From Nitrospirae bacterium MYbin3 (GTDB taxonomy: Bacteria > Nitrospirota > Thermodesulfovibrionia > Thermodesulfovibrionales > Dissulfurispiraceae): a DNA stretch of 63,344 bases. The position numbers and the translations under genes were made by a program. The stretch lies in assembly GCA_002753335.1 (NCBI GenBank), contig PEAD01000006.1, positions 62,001 through 125,344 on the forward strand. Reading direction: 5' to 3'. This document shows, one piece after another, positions 29,029-38,256 of this stretch (the first letter of the stretch is position 1; each line of letters opens with the position of its first letter). The notes beneath the pieces were generated by a model. That model searched no databases. It was not told where the DNA came from and saw only the letters and a list, made by a program, of their open reading frames with translations.

Positions 29029-31605
29029 TTACTTTTCTATCAGCAGAAGCTCAAACTGCTCCCGCAAAACCTTTTCGGTGAAGGGTTCACCGAGGGGGAT
29101 TTTCTGGCTCTTCCACTCCCTTATGCATTTATCTGTATTAATATTTTCGCTCATCATCTTTTCTGCAAACTCATTAAAATAGTTGTACCTTATTTCGAAG
29201 TTCTCGTAGATGAACCAATGCGCCTTGCCCGAATGAGAGAACACTTTGTTTATTTCGACCAGAGCCTCGTTGAACATTATATGCAGCCTGTCTTTCTGAA
29301 AATGCGCGGCAGCGGGATAGGTGAGCAGCAGTTTGTCTTTATGCCTGTTCATTAATTTAAAAAACAAATTTCTCTCTACCATGTCGCTCAATGCCGATGC
29401 AACTCTGTGCATATCATCAATCATATACTGTATGACATCCGTTTTTTCGAATAGGTTATTTGTCTCAGCGCGCTCAAGCGATTTTATATCATTGCCCAGT
29501 ATGTAAAACGAGATTCCGGGGGAATATTCGGCGCTGACCTCGATATTATGAATGCCTGTATTTCTGTTCTGCACATTTATCGAAAAGGGCGGCTTCCTGT
29601 CCATAAAACCGGATGTGGTTTCGGTATCCAGCCTCATTAAATGCCTTACGAACCTGATCTGATTGCCATAAGAATTTCCGGCAAGAATGATATTTTTATC
29701 GGGCTTGGCCGAAATGGCATTGATGCATTTGTTGTACGACAGGTTAAACAGGCTCTGGACTAAATGGTTGTTGAGCTGTAGAAGCAGAGTTGTATTATCC
29801 GCTTTCACCCATGCAGGAGCAAGTTTTTTTGTATAGGCCTCATATATCGGGCCTTTGTACTCCAGCAGGTCTGCGCAGTATATATCGGATATTGCCTTTA
29901 CATGGTTGTCAAGGCTTCCGCTGATGACCGCCAACTTCTTGAGCTGGGACTCATCAAATAAAATCCCCTTCTCTATCTTCTTAAGGTCATCCTCAAGCCC
30001 GTCTATTTTTTTCTCCAAAGGCTGTATGTAAGTGGCATCAACAGCTTTTTCCCACCAGCTTATATGGCTCTTTAACGGCTCAAAATAGAGCTTTAAAGAG
30101 TTCGCCATGTCCTGAATATACTGGCCCTTATCAATATATTCATCATCAATTTCCTTGTACTCATCTTTTATCTTAGGCTTTTCTTTCTGCTTTGAATCCC
30201 TGCTTAAGGCCTCTGCCACACGCTTTTTCTGAGCGTTGGGCAAGGAGAACTCTTTCTGGATGACATTCTGCATGTCCGCTCTCTTTATTTCGAGGCCCAG
30301 CTCGTTAAACAAGCTCCGGTACCTGTCCCTTGCATTGTCCAGACACTCCAGAAAATCATTCTTTAAGGCTTTGGTCCTCTCTCCGAGGGCATGCGCCTTG
30401 GCGATAAACTCCTTGTCATGCATCGGATTAAAATCATATCTTTCGGTGTAAACCTCTTTTAGTTCAGCGCTGTATTTATCGATCAGGGAAGAAGGGTCTA
30501 TCGTCTCAAGCGCCTTTGAAATCGCATCGTCTTTATCTTTTATTATTTTCTCAAGGTCGGCCTTGGATTTTTTAAGATACTCTTTTTTCTCTTCCAGATC
30601 CCTTTCTTTATCACGCTTGTCTTTGTCAGCGCTTTTTATCAGGTCGCTCAGCGCCTTTGTGGCTGTTACCGCGGTCCGCAGCTTCTTAAGTGTTGTATTT
30701 GCGCGCAGCTGGCCGGTTACATGGTTTATCGCATGTTCAAACTCTTCAAGACCTGATTCCTGCCATGCGGTGCGGTCCTTATTCTTTAAATAGTCTTTCG
30801 CGATTGTAGTCTCAACCTGAACAATCGGGGCGTCTTTTAATTTCTGGTAATGCTCTATCGCTTTTGCAAAGGTCTCCTTATACGAGTCAAGCTGCTCGGT
30901 TACCGATACCGTTGTGCCGTCGCCTGTGCTCTGTTCAACCACCGAGCCCTTGCAAGTCTGCACAAAAACAACCCGCTGGTCAGCATCCATTATCTGGTTA
31001 AGGGTCCTTCTGTCGGTGCCCTTCATCGGGCTTCCTATCGAAGAGAGGTATATTATCAGATCAGCCTGCGGCAGGAACTCACGCAGCGTAAGGTCTTCGT
31101 GCTCCTTGTTGCCGTAAGCATCGAGCCCGGGTGTATCAGCTATTTCGAGGCCGTCGCCAAGAAGGAATGTGGGCAGGCCGAGCCTTATATATTTGACATT
31201 GTATTTGTTCTGGGGGTTTTCGTCCTCAGATGTGTATTTCCACAAAAATTCGGGCTTAACATCCTTGCCGCGCTTTTTTACGATCTTATCATCTTCAAAA
31301 TGAACTTCTATCTGGGGTTCAGCAGTTTTTGAGCAGAAGACTATCATGTTTGTGGTGGCCTTGGACTGCTCTTTCAGCATCTTTTCTTCCAGGCCGAGAA
31401 TGACATTCAGCAGGGAAGACTTGCCAGAACTGGTTATGCCTACCAAGCCGCTTCTTATAACATGCTTCGGGAACTCCTCAATGATTTCTTTGAGTCCGTC
31501 TATTCTTTTTTTGAACTGCTCTATTCCAAGGCTCTCGAGCTCGGACAGATCTTTATTTACGTTGCCTAAATATTCGCTGATCGCTATATCGTTGCAGTCT
31601 ATCAT
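29029..31605 (-). CDS. Dynamin-like GTPase (copy 1)
   Basis: G1 GITSSGKS, G2 ATT, G3 DTPG, long helical stalk. Confidence 0.8.
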   Translation of the reverse strand: MIDCNDIAISEYLGNVNKDLSELESLGIEQFKKRIDGLKEIIEEFPKHVIRSGLVGITSSGKSSLLNVILGLEEKMLKEQSKATTNMIVFCSKTAEPQIEVHFEDDKIVKKRGKDVKPEFLWKYTSEDENPQNKYNVKYIRLGLPTFLLGDGLEIADTPGLDAYGNKEHEDLTLREFLPQADLIIYLSSIGSPMKGTDRRTLNQIMDADQRVVFVQTCKGSVVEQSTGDGTTVSVTEQLDSYKETFAKAIEHYQKLKDAPIVQVETTIAKDYLKNKDRTAWQESGLEEFEHAINHVTGQLRANTTLKKLRTAVTATKALSDLIKSADKDKRDKERDLEEKKEYLKKSKADLEKIIKDKDDAISKALETIDPSSLIDKYSAELKEVYTERYDFNPMHDKEFIAKAHALGERTKALKNDFLECLDNARDRYRSLFNELGLEIKRADMQNVIQKEFSLPNAQKKRVAEALSRDSKQKEKPKIKDEYKEIDDEYIDKGQYIQDMANSLKLYFEPLKSHISWWEKAVDATYIQPLEKKIDGLEDDLKKIEKGILFDESQLKKLAVISGSLDNHVKAISDIYCADLLEYKGPIYEAYTKKLAPAWVKADNTTLLLQLNNHLVQSLFNLSYNKCINAISAKPDKNIILAGNSYGNQIRFVRHLMRLDTETTSGFMDRKPPFSINVQNRNTGIHNIEVSAEYSPGISFYILGNDIKSLERAETNNLFEKTDVIQYMIDDMHRVASALSDMVERNLFFKLMNRHKDKLLLTYPAAAHFQKDRLHIMFNEALVEINKVFSHSGKAHWFIYENFEIRYNYFNEFAEKMMSENINTDKCIREWKSQKIPLGEPFTEKVLREQFELLLIEK

Positions 31606-32655
31606 TTATTCTGTTTCTCCGGCGGCCGAAACCCTTGTTAAAAGCTCCTGAAGGTCCTTTATCTTTCTTTCGAGTTCTATTTTTTTGCCGGATTGCGTTT
31701 CTGCCTCGGACTCAAGCTGCCGCACCTGGCTGTAAAGTACATCAATCGCAAGCTGTCTCATCGCGCTCAGTTCCTCTTTAATCTGCTCATTATGCTCGAA
31801 ATTAATCCTCTTTTGCTTCTCGAAACTGTCCTCTATGTATCTCTTTAGTTCGTTGCTGGAGCTTTCGATCTGCAGCAAAGCCTTGTCTATCAAGGTTTTG
31901 GTCTTGCTTGTAAAACTTGCTAGCTGTGTATCTGTGCCGCCCTTAAAACTGTCATGTCTTTCTTCGGACTGGAGGGTCTGCTTTAAAATATTCAGCTCGT
32001 CTCTGATAAAGGTCTTAAGCTCCGCCTCTGTCCTGATCTGCCTTTCGATTTTTTCATCGATATGCTTTTTAATATCCACGCTGGAGGTGCTTATAAGCAG
32101 TTTGGATGAGTCTTTTGTTTCTGCTATCGCCTTTGTAAGCGCATCTGTTTCTAGCTTGATTTTGGCAGAAAGCAGATCCCTAATTTCATTGCTGGAGTTG
32201 TCCATCGTTGAGATAACCGCTTCCCTTATATTTTCAACCAAGGACTTTGTCTTGCTTGTAAAGCCTGTTAATTGGCTCTCGATAATGCCTTTGAGGGAGT
32301 CGCTTTTGTCACCCGTCTGAAGGGTCTGCCTTAAGCTGTTTATCTCGCCCTGTATAAAGGTCTTGAGTTCGGTCTCTGTGGTAATCTGCTTTTCGAGCCA
32401 TTCTTCTATATGCCTCTTGAGGTCGCTGCTGGTGCTGTTTATAAGTGATTTGGATGCCTCTTCCGCATCCGATATCTTTTTCGTAAGCAACTCTGTCTCT
32501 TTTTTGTTTTTGGTGGAGATAAGGTTGCTCAGGTCATTAAGGAGCAGCCCCTTGATGAGCTCGTTAAGCGGCGCCTCAATATTGCTGACCAGCTCATCCG
32601 CCAGTTTGGATATGATGGTCTGAGCTACGACATCTACATATAAGTCATCCTTCAT
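31606..32655 (-). CDS. Coiled-coil partner of dynamin copy 1, with a two-copy internal repeat
   Basis: Abuts the dynamin start; N-terminus MKDDLYVD matches the 47187 paralog. Confidence 0.75.
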   Translation of the reverse strand: MKDDLYVDVVAQTIISKLADELVSNIEAPLNELIKGLLLNDLSNLISTKNKKETELLTKKISDAEEASKSLINSTSSDLKRHIEEWLEKQITTETELKTFIQGEINSLRQTLQTGDKSDSLKGIIESQLTGFTSKTKSLVENIREAVISTMDNSSNEIRDLLSAKIKLETDALTKAIAETKDSSKLLISTSSVDIKKHIDEKIERQIRTEAELKTFIRDELNILKQTLQSEERHDSFKGGTDTQLASFTSKTKTLIDKALLQIESSSNELKRYIEDSFEKQKRINFEHNEQIKEELSAMRQLAIDVLYSQVRQLESEAETQSGKKIELERKIKDLQELLTRVSAAGETE

Positions 32656-32767
32656 AGCGTATCACCTTCTGTAGCTTGGATTTTTAAGACATGCGTGTTG
32701 CAAAAACCGACATTAATGCTATAATTATACCACAGCATTGAACTAAATCAATGTCATCTGCAAACAA

Positions 32768-33058
32768 ATGCAAAGAATATTTATTAATGAACTAAAGCCT
32801 TCAATGGTCCTTGCGGATGCGGTCAAGGACAGCAGCGGAGCTGTTATTTTGCCGAAAGGCACCACGCTGACAGAAAAGCATTGCGCTATTTTAGATGAAA
32901 GAGGTATAAAAAAAGTCTTTGTTGAAGGCCTTCCGATTAGCAGAGAAGGAACTTCATTTGAAGGCATGGACAAGAAAATTGATGAGAGATTCTTTGCCGC
33001 AGGCAATAATCCCCTTACACTCAAAATCAAAGACAGAATCAAGGAGCTTCTAAGTTGA
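32768..33058 (+). CDS. Small hypothetical protein resembling the N-terminal domain of HD-GYP/HDOD partners
   Basis: LKPSMVLADAV.D..G.VILPKGT.LT motif; coupled to the HDOD gene. Confidence 0.7.
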   Translation: MQRIFINELKPSMVLADAVKDSSGAVILPKGTTLTEKHCAILDERGIKKVFVEGLPISREGTSFEGMDKKIDERFFAAGNNPLTLKIKDRIKELLS

Positions 33059-33891
33059 GCGAACTATTTGACAGGCTCTTGAGGAGCAAAGACCTGCCCA
33101 CAATTCCTGTGCTGCATCAGAAGATAGTTAATGTCCTGAAAAAAGACAACTATTCTGAAGATGACATATCTAAACTTCTCGAAAAAGATCAGGTGCTGGC
33201 CTCAAAGCTTTTGAAGCTTGTAAACTCGCCATTTTACGGGGTCTTCGGCCGTGTGGCGTCTGTCAAAAGGGCAGCGATGCTGCTCGGCTCAAACCTTTTA
33301 AACGGTTTTGTGATGAGCGCCACCCTGTTCAACTCAACCGACAAGTCGATCGTGGCATTATGGGACCATTCATACTGCTGCTCAACCGTAGCGGGCTATA
33401 TCGCAAAAAAGCTGAATATGAAAACAGCCGAAGAGGTTATGACAGGCGCATTAATCCATGACCTTGGAAAGGTGCTGATAAAAAGGCAGCTGCCCGAAGA
33501 GGCTATAGCCGTTGAAGAGGCTGCAAAGTCCAAGAGAATCACCGCTCTGGATGCAGAAAAAATGGTTATCGGCATGTCCCACGATGAAGTGGGCATATGG
33601 CTTGCGGAGCAATGGAACCTTCCTAAAATAATCAAGGATATAATCGGATATCATCACAGCCCTAGTCTTTGCTCTGCCCATCCTAAAGAAGCGGCGGTGG
33701 TTCATTTAGCCGACATAATTGTCAAAGGCATCGGCGTTACCGGCAGCTCAGACTTGTATGTTCCTGCACTCGACGAAAAAGCATTGGCCGCTCTGGCTTT
33801 GTCTGATGATGACATAATGGACATAGTCACCGGGGTTGTTTCGAATATCGAATCCGATGAGATGTTTTCAAAATACCTACCGCAGCAATAG
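33055..33891 (+). CDS. HDOD domain protein
   Basis: LPTIP, LLKLVNSPFYG, LWDHS, HDLGK, W.LP...YHH. Confidence 0.9.
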   Translation: MSELFDRLLRSKDLPTIPVLHQKIVNVLKKDNYSEDDISKLLEKDQVLASKLLKLVNSPFYGVFGRVASVKRAAMLLGSNLLNGFVMSATLFNSTDKSIVALWDHSYCCSTVAGYIAKKLNMKTAEEVMTGALIHDLGKVLIKRQLPEEAIAVEEAAKSKRITALDAEKMVIGMSHDEVGIWLAEQWNLPKIIKDIIGYHHSPSLCSAHPKEAAVVHLADIIVKGIGVTGSSDLYVPALDEKALAALALSDDDIMDIVTGVVSNIESDEMFSKYLPQQ

Positions 33892-33914
33892 AACCAATCA
33901 GTCAAGAGGATTTT

Positions 33915-34202
33915 TTGTTTAGAGAAAGACGTAAATATGCCAGAGATGTTGTCTTTATTCCCTTAAAAATACATCTGCTCGGCAATGGGACCAAGGTTGC
34001 CTCAACAATAAATTACAGCTACGGGGGCGCTTTGATAGGCAATCCCTTCGAGGAGACGCTGGAGGCCGGAACTGAATTGACCCTGCAATTAGCAGATCTT
34101 ATAGAAGGCAATGAAGCCCCTAAACTTCCGGCTCGTGTAACCCGTGCAAGCGCTGACGAAATCGCGGTACAATTGCTGATAGATTACAGCGAAACCGAAT
34201 AA
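33915..34202 (+). CDS. PilZ domain protein
   Basis: ERRKYAR (RxxxR) and NYSYGG (D/NxSxxG) c-di-GMP motifs. Confidence 0.8.
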   Translation: MFRERRKYARDVVFIPLKIHLLGNGTKVASTINYSYGGALIGNPFEETLEAGTELTLQLADLIEGNEAPKLPARVTRASADEIAVQLLIDYSETE

Positions 34203-34215
34203 AACAGCTACCTTT

Positions 34216-34254
34216 CGTTCAGCAAAAGCTCAAACTGCTCACGCAAAACCTTTT
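34216..34254. repeat. 39-bp direct repeat, left copy (displaced 3' end of dynamin copy 2)
   Basis: CGTTCAGCAAAAGCTCAAACTGCTCACGCAAAACCTTTT is identical to 44607-44645. Confidence 0.9.
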
Positions 34255-34303
34255 GAAAATCAAATGGATTGACTTGGTACTATTATTGATACTACAACTC
34301 AAA

Positions 34304-34445
34304 ATGGACAAAGCAGCAGAGATCTTTTCAAAGATGAAAAGAAGAGTTGTCAACATAAAATTTAAAGATCTCTGTTTGGTTTGCGATCACTACTTCGGGC
34401 AGGCGCGGCAAAAAGGGAGCAGCCATCCGGTTTACAAGACGACCA
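34304..34445 (+). pseudogene. hicA: Truncated HicA-like toxin
   Basis: IKFKDLCLVCDHYFGQARQKGSSHPVYKT resembles the HicA N-terminal half; similarity stops and no hicB follows. Confidence 0.65.
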
Positions 34446-34462
34446 CCCAGCTCAGCTCAAAG

Positions 34463-34864
34463 CTAAAATTGAAGGTCATAATCAATACCGAGTTTTTCCA
34501 GCGTCTCGGCTCTGTCAAGATAGATTTTAATCTTTCCCATAGGGCCGGTAGTCGGCTTTTCATCTTCGCTCAAGATACCGAGCATTTTTAAGGTGTCTAG
34601 AATATTTACATGCACATTGCAAAGACAAACCTTTTCAATCAAAGCTTTTGAGGCAGCGGCACCTAGCGCGCCGATGAACTTTGACGGCAACAAACGGAAA
34701 GCCGACAGATCAAGAACAATTATTAAAGGAGCAGTTGCGGTTGAGGCCGCATGATTCATTTTATTCATAACATCTACAAGGGCCTCCATTCCCCCGACTA
34801 CATTGCCTACGAAGTCTTTATCTGTTCCAAGAATTAAGACATTAATTTTTTGTTTGCCTGACAT
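34463..34864 (-). CDS. STAS-like anti-sigma-factor antagonist (paralog 3)
   Basis: IVLDLS...PSKFIG.L...VCLCNV...I.DTLKMLG STAS pattern. Confidence 0.7.
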   Translation of the reverse strand: MSGKQKINVLILGTDKDFVGNVVGGMEALVDVMNKMNHAASTATAPLIIVLDLSAFRLLPSKFIGALGAAASKALIEKVCLCNVHVNILDTLKMLGILSEDEKPTTGPMGKIKIYLDRAETLEKLGIDYDLQF

Positions 34865-34875
34865 AGTTTTCTCTC

Positions 34876-34986
34876 CTCTTGTTTGAAAATAATCTTGATC
34901 TTATTGCCTTCAATATGAAGGTTCTTCTGTTTTATGTTTGACTAAATACCATCCTCTCTCCCGAGGTTGCTACAGATGAGGTCTCC
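34876..34986 (-). pseudogene. Degenerate copy of the 3' end of the RsbW-like domain of the 36712 gene
   Basis: Shares TTATTGCCTTCAAT.TGAAGGTT and CGAGGTTGC with 36712-36810. Confidence 0.65.
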
Positions 34987-35347
34987 TTCCTCCCCTGTTT
35001 GAAACTTCCAGCACATAGCATATAAAGATTGTGCTGTAATTTCACTAAAAACATAACTACAAAAATAGTTACTAATAGATTCATTAGTGTTATAATTTTA
35101 ACACATAACACGGTTTATTAGGCGCTGATAAATCAATGTAAACATAGTTTTTATTCAAGTGGCGTCAACCGTTCATTTGTCGGATATACTTGTTAAAAGC
35201 ATGGCATTCAACCTCATATTGCCTTGAGCTTGCAGATAGAGCCTTAACTAACTTGGCTCGTATCCGAAGCACTGCTCGTTTTGGCTTTATAATACTATAA
35301 CGCTGACATCGTCAGCGGAATTGCAAACGTTGAAGTGGAGGTATGAA

Positions 35348-35656
35348 ATGGAAGAATCCAAAGAGCATGGCAAAAAGATGACAGAGGTGGTATGCAAGGC
35401 ATGGTTAGATGAATCGTTTAAGGCAAAGTTAATGTCTGCCCCACACGCAACATTAAAAGAGCATGGCATTAATGTACCAGTTGGTAAAACTGTGAAGGTC
35501 GTCGAAGATACGGATGATATAATTCATATTCACGTCCCCAAGAGGCCCAATTATGTGGATGACGAAGATTTGCAAAAGGTTGTCGAGGGCAATATCATTT
35601 TCTGCATGTTGTATATGAGTGTCGCACCATGCAATAAACTATTTGATCTTGGTTGA
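35348..35656 (+). CDS. NHLP (nitrile hydratase-like leader peptide) RiPP precursor
   Basis: KAWLDESFKAKLMSAP..TLKEHGINVP.G..VKVVEDTDD..HI.VP..P...DEDLQKVVEG leader; GGAGG RBS. Confidence 0.8.
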   Translation: MEESKEHGKKMTEVVCKAWLDESFKAKLMSAPHATLKEHGINVPVGKTVKVVEDTDDIIHIHVPKRPNYVDDEDLQKVVEGNIIFCMLYMSVAPCNKLFDLG

Positions 35657-35782
35657 TGGACATATGACAAAAGCAAATTTTTAGTGCAAACTCAACAAAA
35701 GGTTCAGCGTCAATCTGCTGCGCGTTTATGGTTGACGCTGAACCTGAATGAATTTCGTTCTCTTTATATGCCTAGCATAAAC

Positions 35783-36199
35783 CTACAATTGAAGGTCATA
35801 ATCAATACCGAGTTTTTCCAACGTCTCGGCTTTGTCACGATATATTTTAATCTTTCCCATAGGGCCGGTAGTCGGCTTTTCATCTTCGCTCAAGATACCG
35901 AGCATTTTTAAGGTATCTAGAATATTTACATGCACATTGCAAAGACAAACCTTTTCAATCAAAGCGTTTGACGCAGCGGCACCTAGCGCGCCGATAAACT
36001 TTGACGGCAGCACAATCAATCCCGTACGGAAAATTGAAAGGTCAAGAACAATTATTAAAGGAGCAACCGCGGCCTTAACCGCATTATTCATTTCATTCAT
36101 GACCTCTAATATAGCTTCCATTTCCTTGCCGGCATCGCTTCCGAATTCATTTGCTTTTTTGCCCAGAAACAAAACATCGATTTTTGGCTTCACTGCCAT
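35783..36199 (-). CDS. STAS-like anti-sigma-factor antagonist (paralog 2)
   Basis: Near-identical C-terminal half to paralog 3. Confidence 0.7.
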   Translation of the reverse strand: MAVKPKIDVLFLGKKANEFGSDAGKEMEAILEVMNEMNNAVKAAVAPLIIVLDLSIFRTGLIVLPSKFIGALGAAASNALIEKVCLCNVHVNILDTLKMLGILSEDEKPTTGPMGKIKIYRDKAETLEKLGIDYDLQL

Positions 36200-36294
36200 A
36201 GCTTTTTCCTCCTATCGTTCGAATACCCTCAATCTGAAGGTTACTTGTGTACTTTTTGCTGGAATTAGTATATCTTCATATTTTCGGCATAAAG

Positions 36295-36699
36295 CTACAA
36301 TTGCAGATCATAATCAATGCCGAGTTTTTGCAGAGCTTCAGTTCTGTCCCGATAGATTTTAATCTTGGCCATGGGGCCGGTAGTCGCTTTTTCGTCCTCG
36401 CTCAAGATGCCGAGCATCTTAAATGTATCTACAATAGTTGCCTGCACATTGCAAAGACAGACTTTTTCGATAAAAGCGCTCGACGCGGCACGACCTAGCA
36501 TGCCGATAAATTTTGATGGCAACACACGGAAAGCCGAGAGATTAAGAACGATTAACAACGGAGCAGTCGTTACAGATAGCGCATGATCCATTTCATCCAT
36601 GACCCCTACGATAGCTTCCATTTCCCTGCGGGCATCGCTTTCGATTTCATTTGTTTCTTTACCCAGAAATAAAATATCGATTTTTTTGTTCCCTGCCAT
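36295..36699 (-). CDS. STAS-like anti-sigma-factor antagonist (paralog 1)
   Basis: Same STAS pattern; directly downstream of the phosphatase/anti-sigma gene. Confidence 0.72.
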   Translation of the reverse strand: MAGNKKIDILFLGKETNEIESDARREMEAIVGVMDEMDHALSVTTAPLLIVLNLSAFRVLPSKFIGMLGRAASSAFIEKVCLCNVQATIVDTFKMLGILSEDEKATTGPMAKIKIYRDRTEALQKLGIDYDLQL

Positions 36700-36711
36700 A
36701 GCCTCTTCCTC

Positions 36712-38256
36712 CTATCGTTCGAAACAAATAGTAAGTTTATTGCCTTCAATCTGAAGGTTGCTTGTGTATTTTTGTATTGAATACAACCCTCTCCCACGAG
36801 GTTGCGATAATGGAGGGGGGGCTTCTGGAATTTTTGGAGCAAACCCTTTCCCTTCATCAGTTACAATAATTTCCAAAGTGCGATCATGAATTTGCCACTC
36901 CACAGTGACAAACTTCTGCTGATCGTTGAGATTGCCATGTTCCACAGCATTATTCACGACTTCCAACAAGCAGTAATTAATCCGATAACTAAGTTTTTCG
37001 TCACTGGTAAAGAAATCAACCACTTCAGTTTTGAAATCATCAAGAAACCGAGCAACGTTCTCGTTACTGCCGTCAAACTTGCATTTCCCCTCCATCTTCT
37101 GAGCGCAACCTGCGCGTTCAAATGCGATGATAGTAACGTCATCATCGAAATCATCACGGCCTGTGAATGTTTTAACCTCTTCAGCCAACAATTGCGGCAG
37201 TGCTAAAAGAGAAGCCGCATAATGCTTTTGAACTGCCTTAAGCAATCGCTCAGTAGTATAAACTATAGAAGCCTCTTCATTCATCGCCTCAATTATTCCG
37301 TCAGTATACAAAATCAGACGACTGCCAAATGGCATGCTGATCTCTGTATCGGAATAAAGCGCATCAGATATTCCTAATGGGAAACCTCCACCAAGCGGTA
37401 TTCTGGACGCCGTTCCCGAATTATCAACCATAATAGGCCACGGCAGTCCTGCATTGCTGAGTATTACACTTTTTTCATTAAAAATGGCATAGATTGCTGC
37501 AAGTGCAAGTGAATCAGTCTCTTTCATAATCGGTAAGATATCGGTATTGATTGCTCCCAAAAACTCACCCGCATTATTTACCGGCGAAAGAAGATCTTCG
37601 ATTTTGCTTAATACGCGCATCGAAAGCATAGCGGCCGAAGTTCCGTGTCCTGTTGCATCGGCTAACAGGAACCCGCCGCTTTTGTCGCCAACTGGTTTGG
37701 GATAGAAAAAGTCACCAGAAACCTCATATGCTGGGCGATTAAAAATCGCAACATTCCAACCGAGAGGATCAAATATTTTCCTAACTTTATCTTCACTGGT
37801 CAGAAGGCGCCGTTGTAGCACTGCAGTGTTATGAATATTCTGCAAAAGCAGTCGCTCAAGATGGCGTCTACGAACGAATATTTTGACCCGGGCAAGAAAC
37901 TCGGCCATATCGAAAGGCTTCCGAATGTAATCATCAGCCCCGAGTTCAAGCGCTCGCACAGCATCTTCGCCCTCAGCTTTTCCGGTCAGCATCACGACCG
38001 GAATTTTCTGCAATTCCGGATCTGCTCTGAGTTGCTCCAGAGTCGCGTAACCGTCCAGCTTTGGCATCATTATATCAAGAATAATTAAGTCTATAACGCC
38101 TTTATTTGCACGTGCGATATCAAGACATTCTATACCGTTAGCCGCAAGCAGCACGACGTACCCTTCTTTTTTAAGATCAACTGAACAGATTTCGCGGATC
38201 ATCTTTTGATCATCCACAACGAGTACCGTGCCCGATTTTTTCTTACAGTTCTCCAT
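36712..38256 (-). CDS. Response regulator + SpoIIE/PP2C phosphatase + RsbW-like HATPase fusion
   Basis: REC (LDIMMP); [37 protein letters not shown]...DEGKGF...GRGL. ATG at 38256 chosen for its RBS. Confidence 0.9.
   Translation of the reverse strand: MENCKKKSGTVLVVDDQKMIREICSVDLKKEGYVVLLAANGIECLDIARANKGVIDLIILDIMMPKLDGYATLEQLRADPELQKIPVVMLTGKAEGEDAVRALELGADDYIRKPFDMAEFLARVKIFVRRRHLERLLLQNIHNTAVLQRRLLTSEDKVRKIFDPLGWNVAIFNRPAYEVSGDFFYPKPVGDKSGGFLLADATGHGTSAAMLSMRVLSKIEDLLSPVNNAGEFLGAINTDILPIMKETDSLALAAIYAIFNEKSVILSNAGLPWPIMVDNSGTASRIPLGGGFPLGISDALYSDTEISMPFGSRLILYTDGIIEAMNEEASIVYTTERLLKAVQKHYAASLLALPQLLAEEVKTFTGRDDFDDDVTIIAFERAGCAQKMEGKCKFDGSNENVARFLDDFKTEVVDFFTSDEKLSYRINYCLLEVVNNAVEHGNLNDQQKFVTVEWQIHDRTLEIIVTDEGKGFAPKIPEAPPPLSQPRGRGLYSIQKYTSNLQIEGNKLTICFER

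Noticed and set aside
34253..34591. 112-aa ORF as an intact gene
   Set aside because: Chimera of the hicA stub and the antisense strand of STAS copy 3
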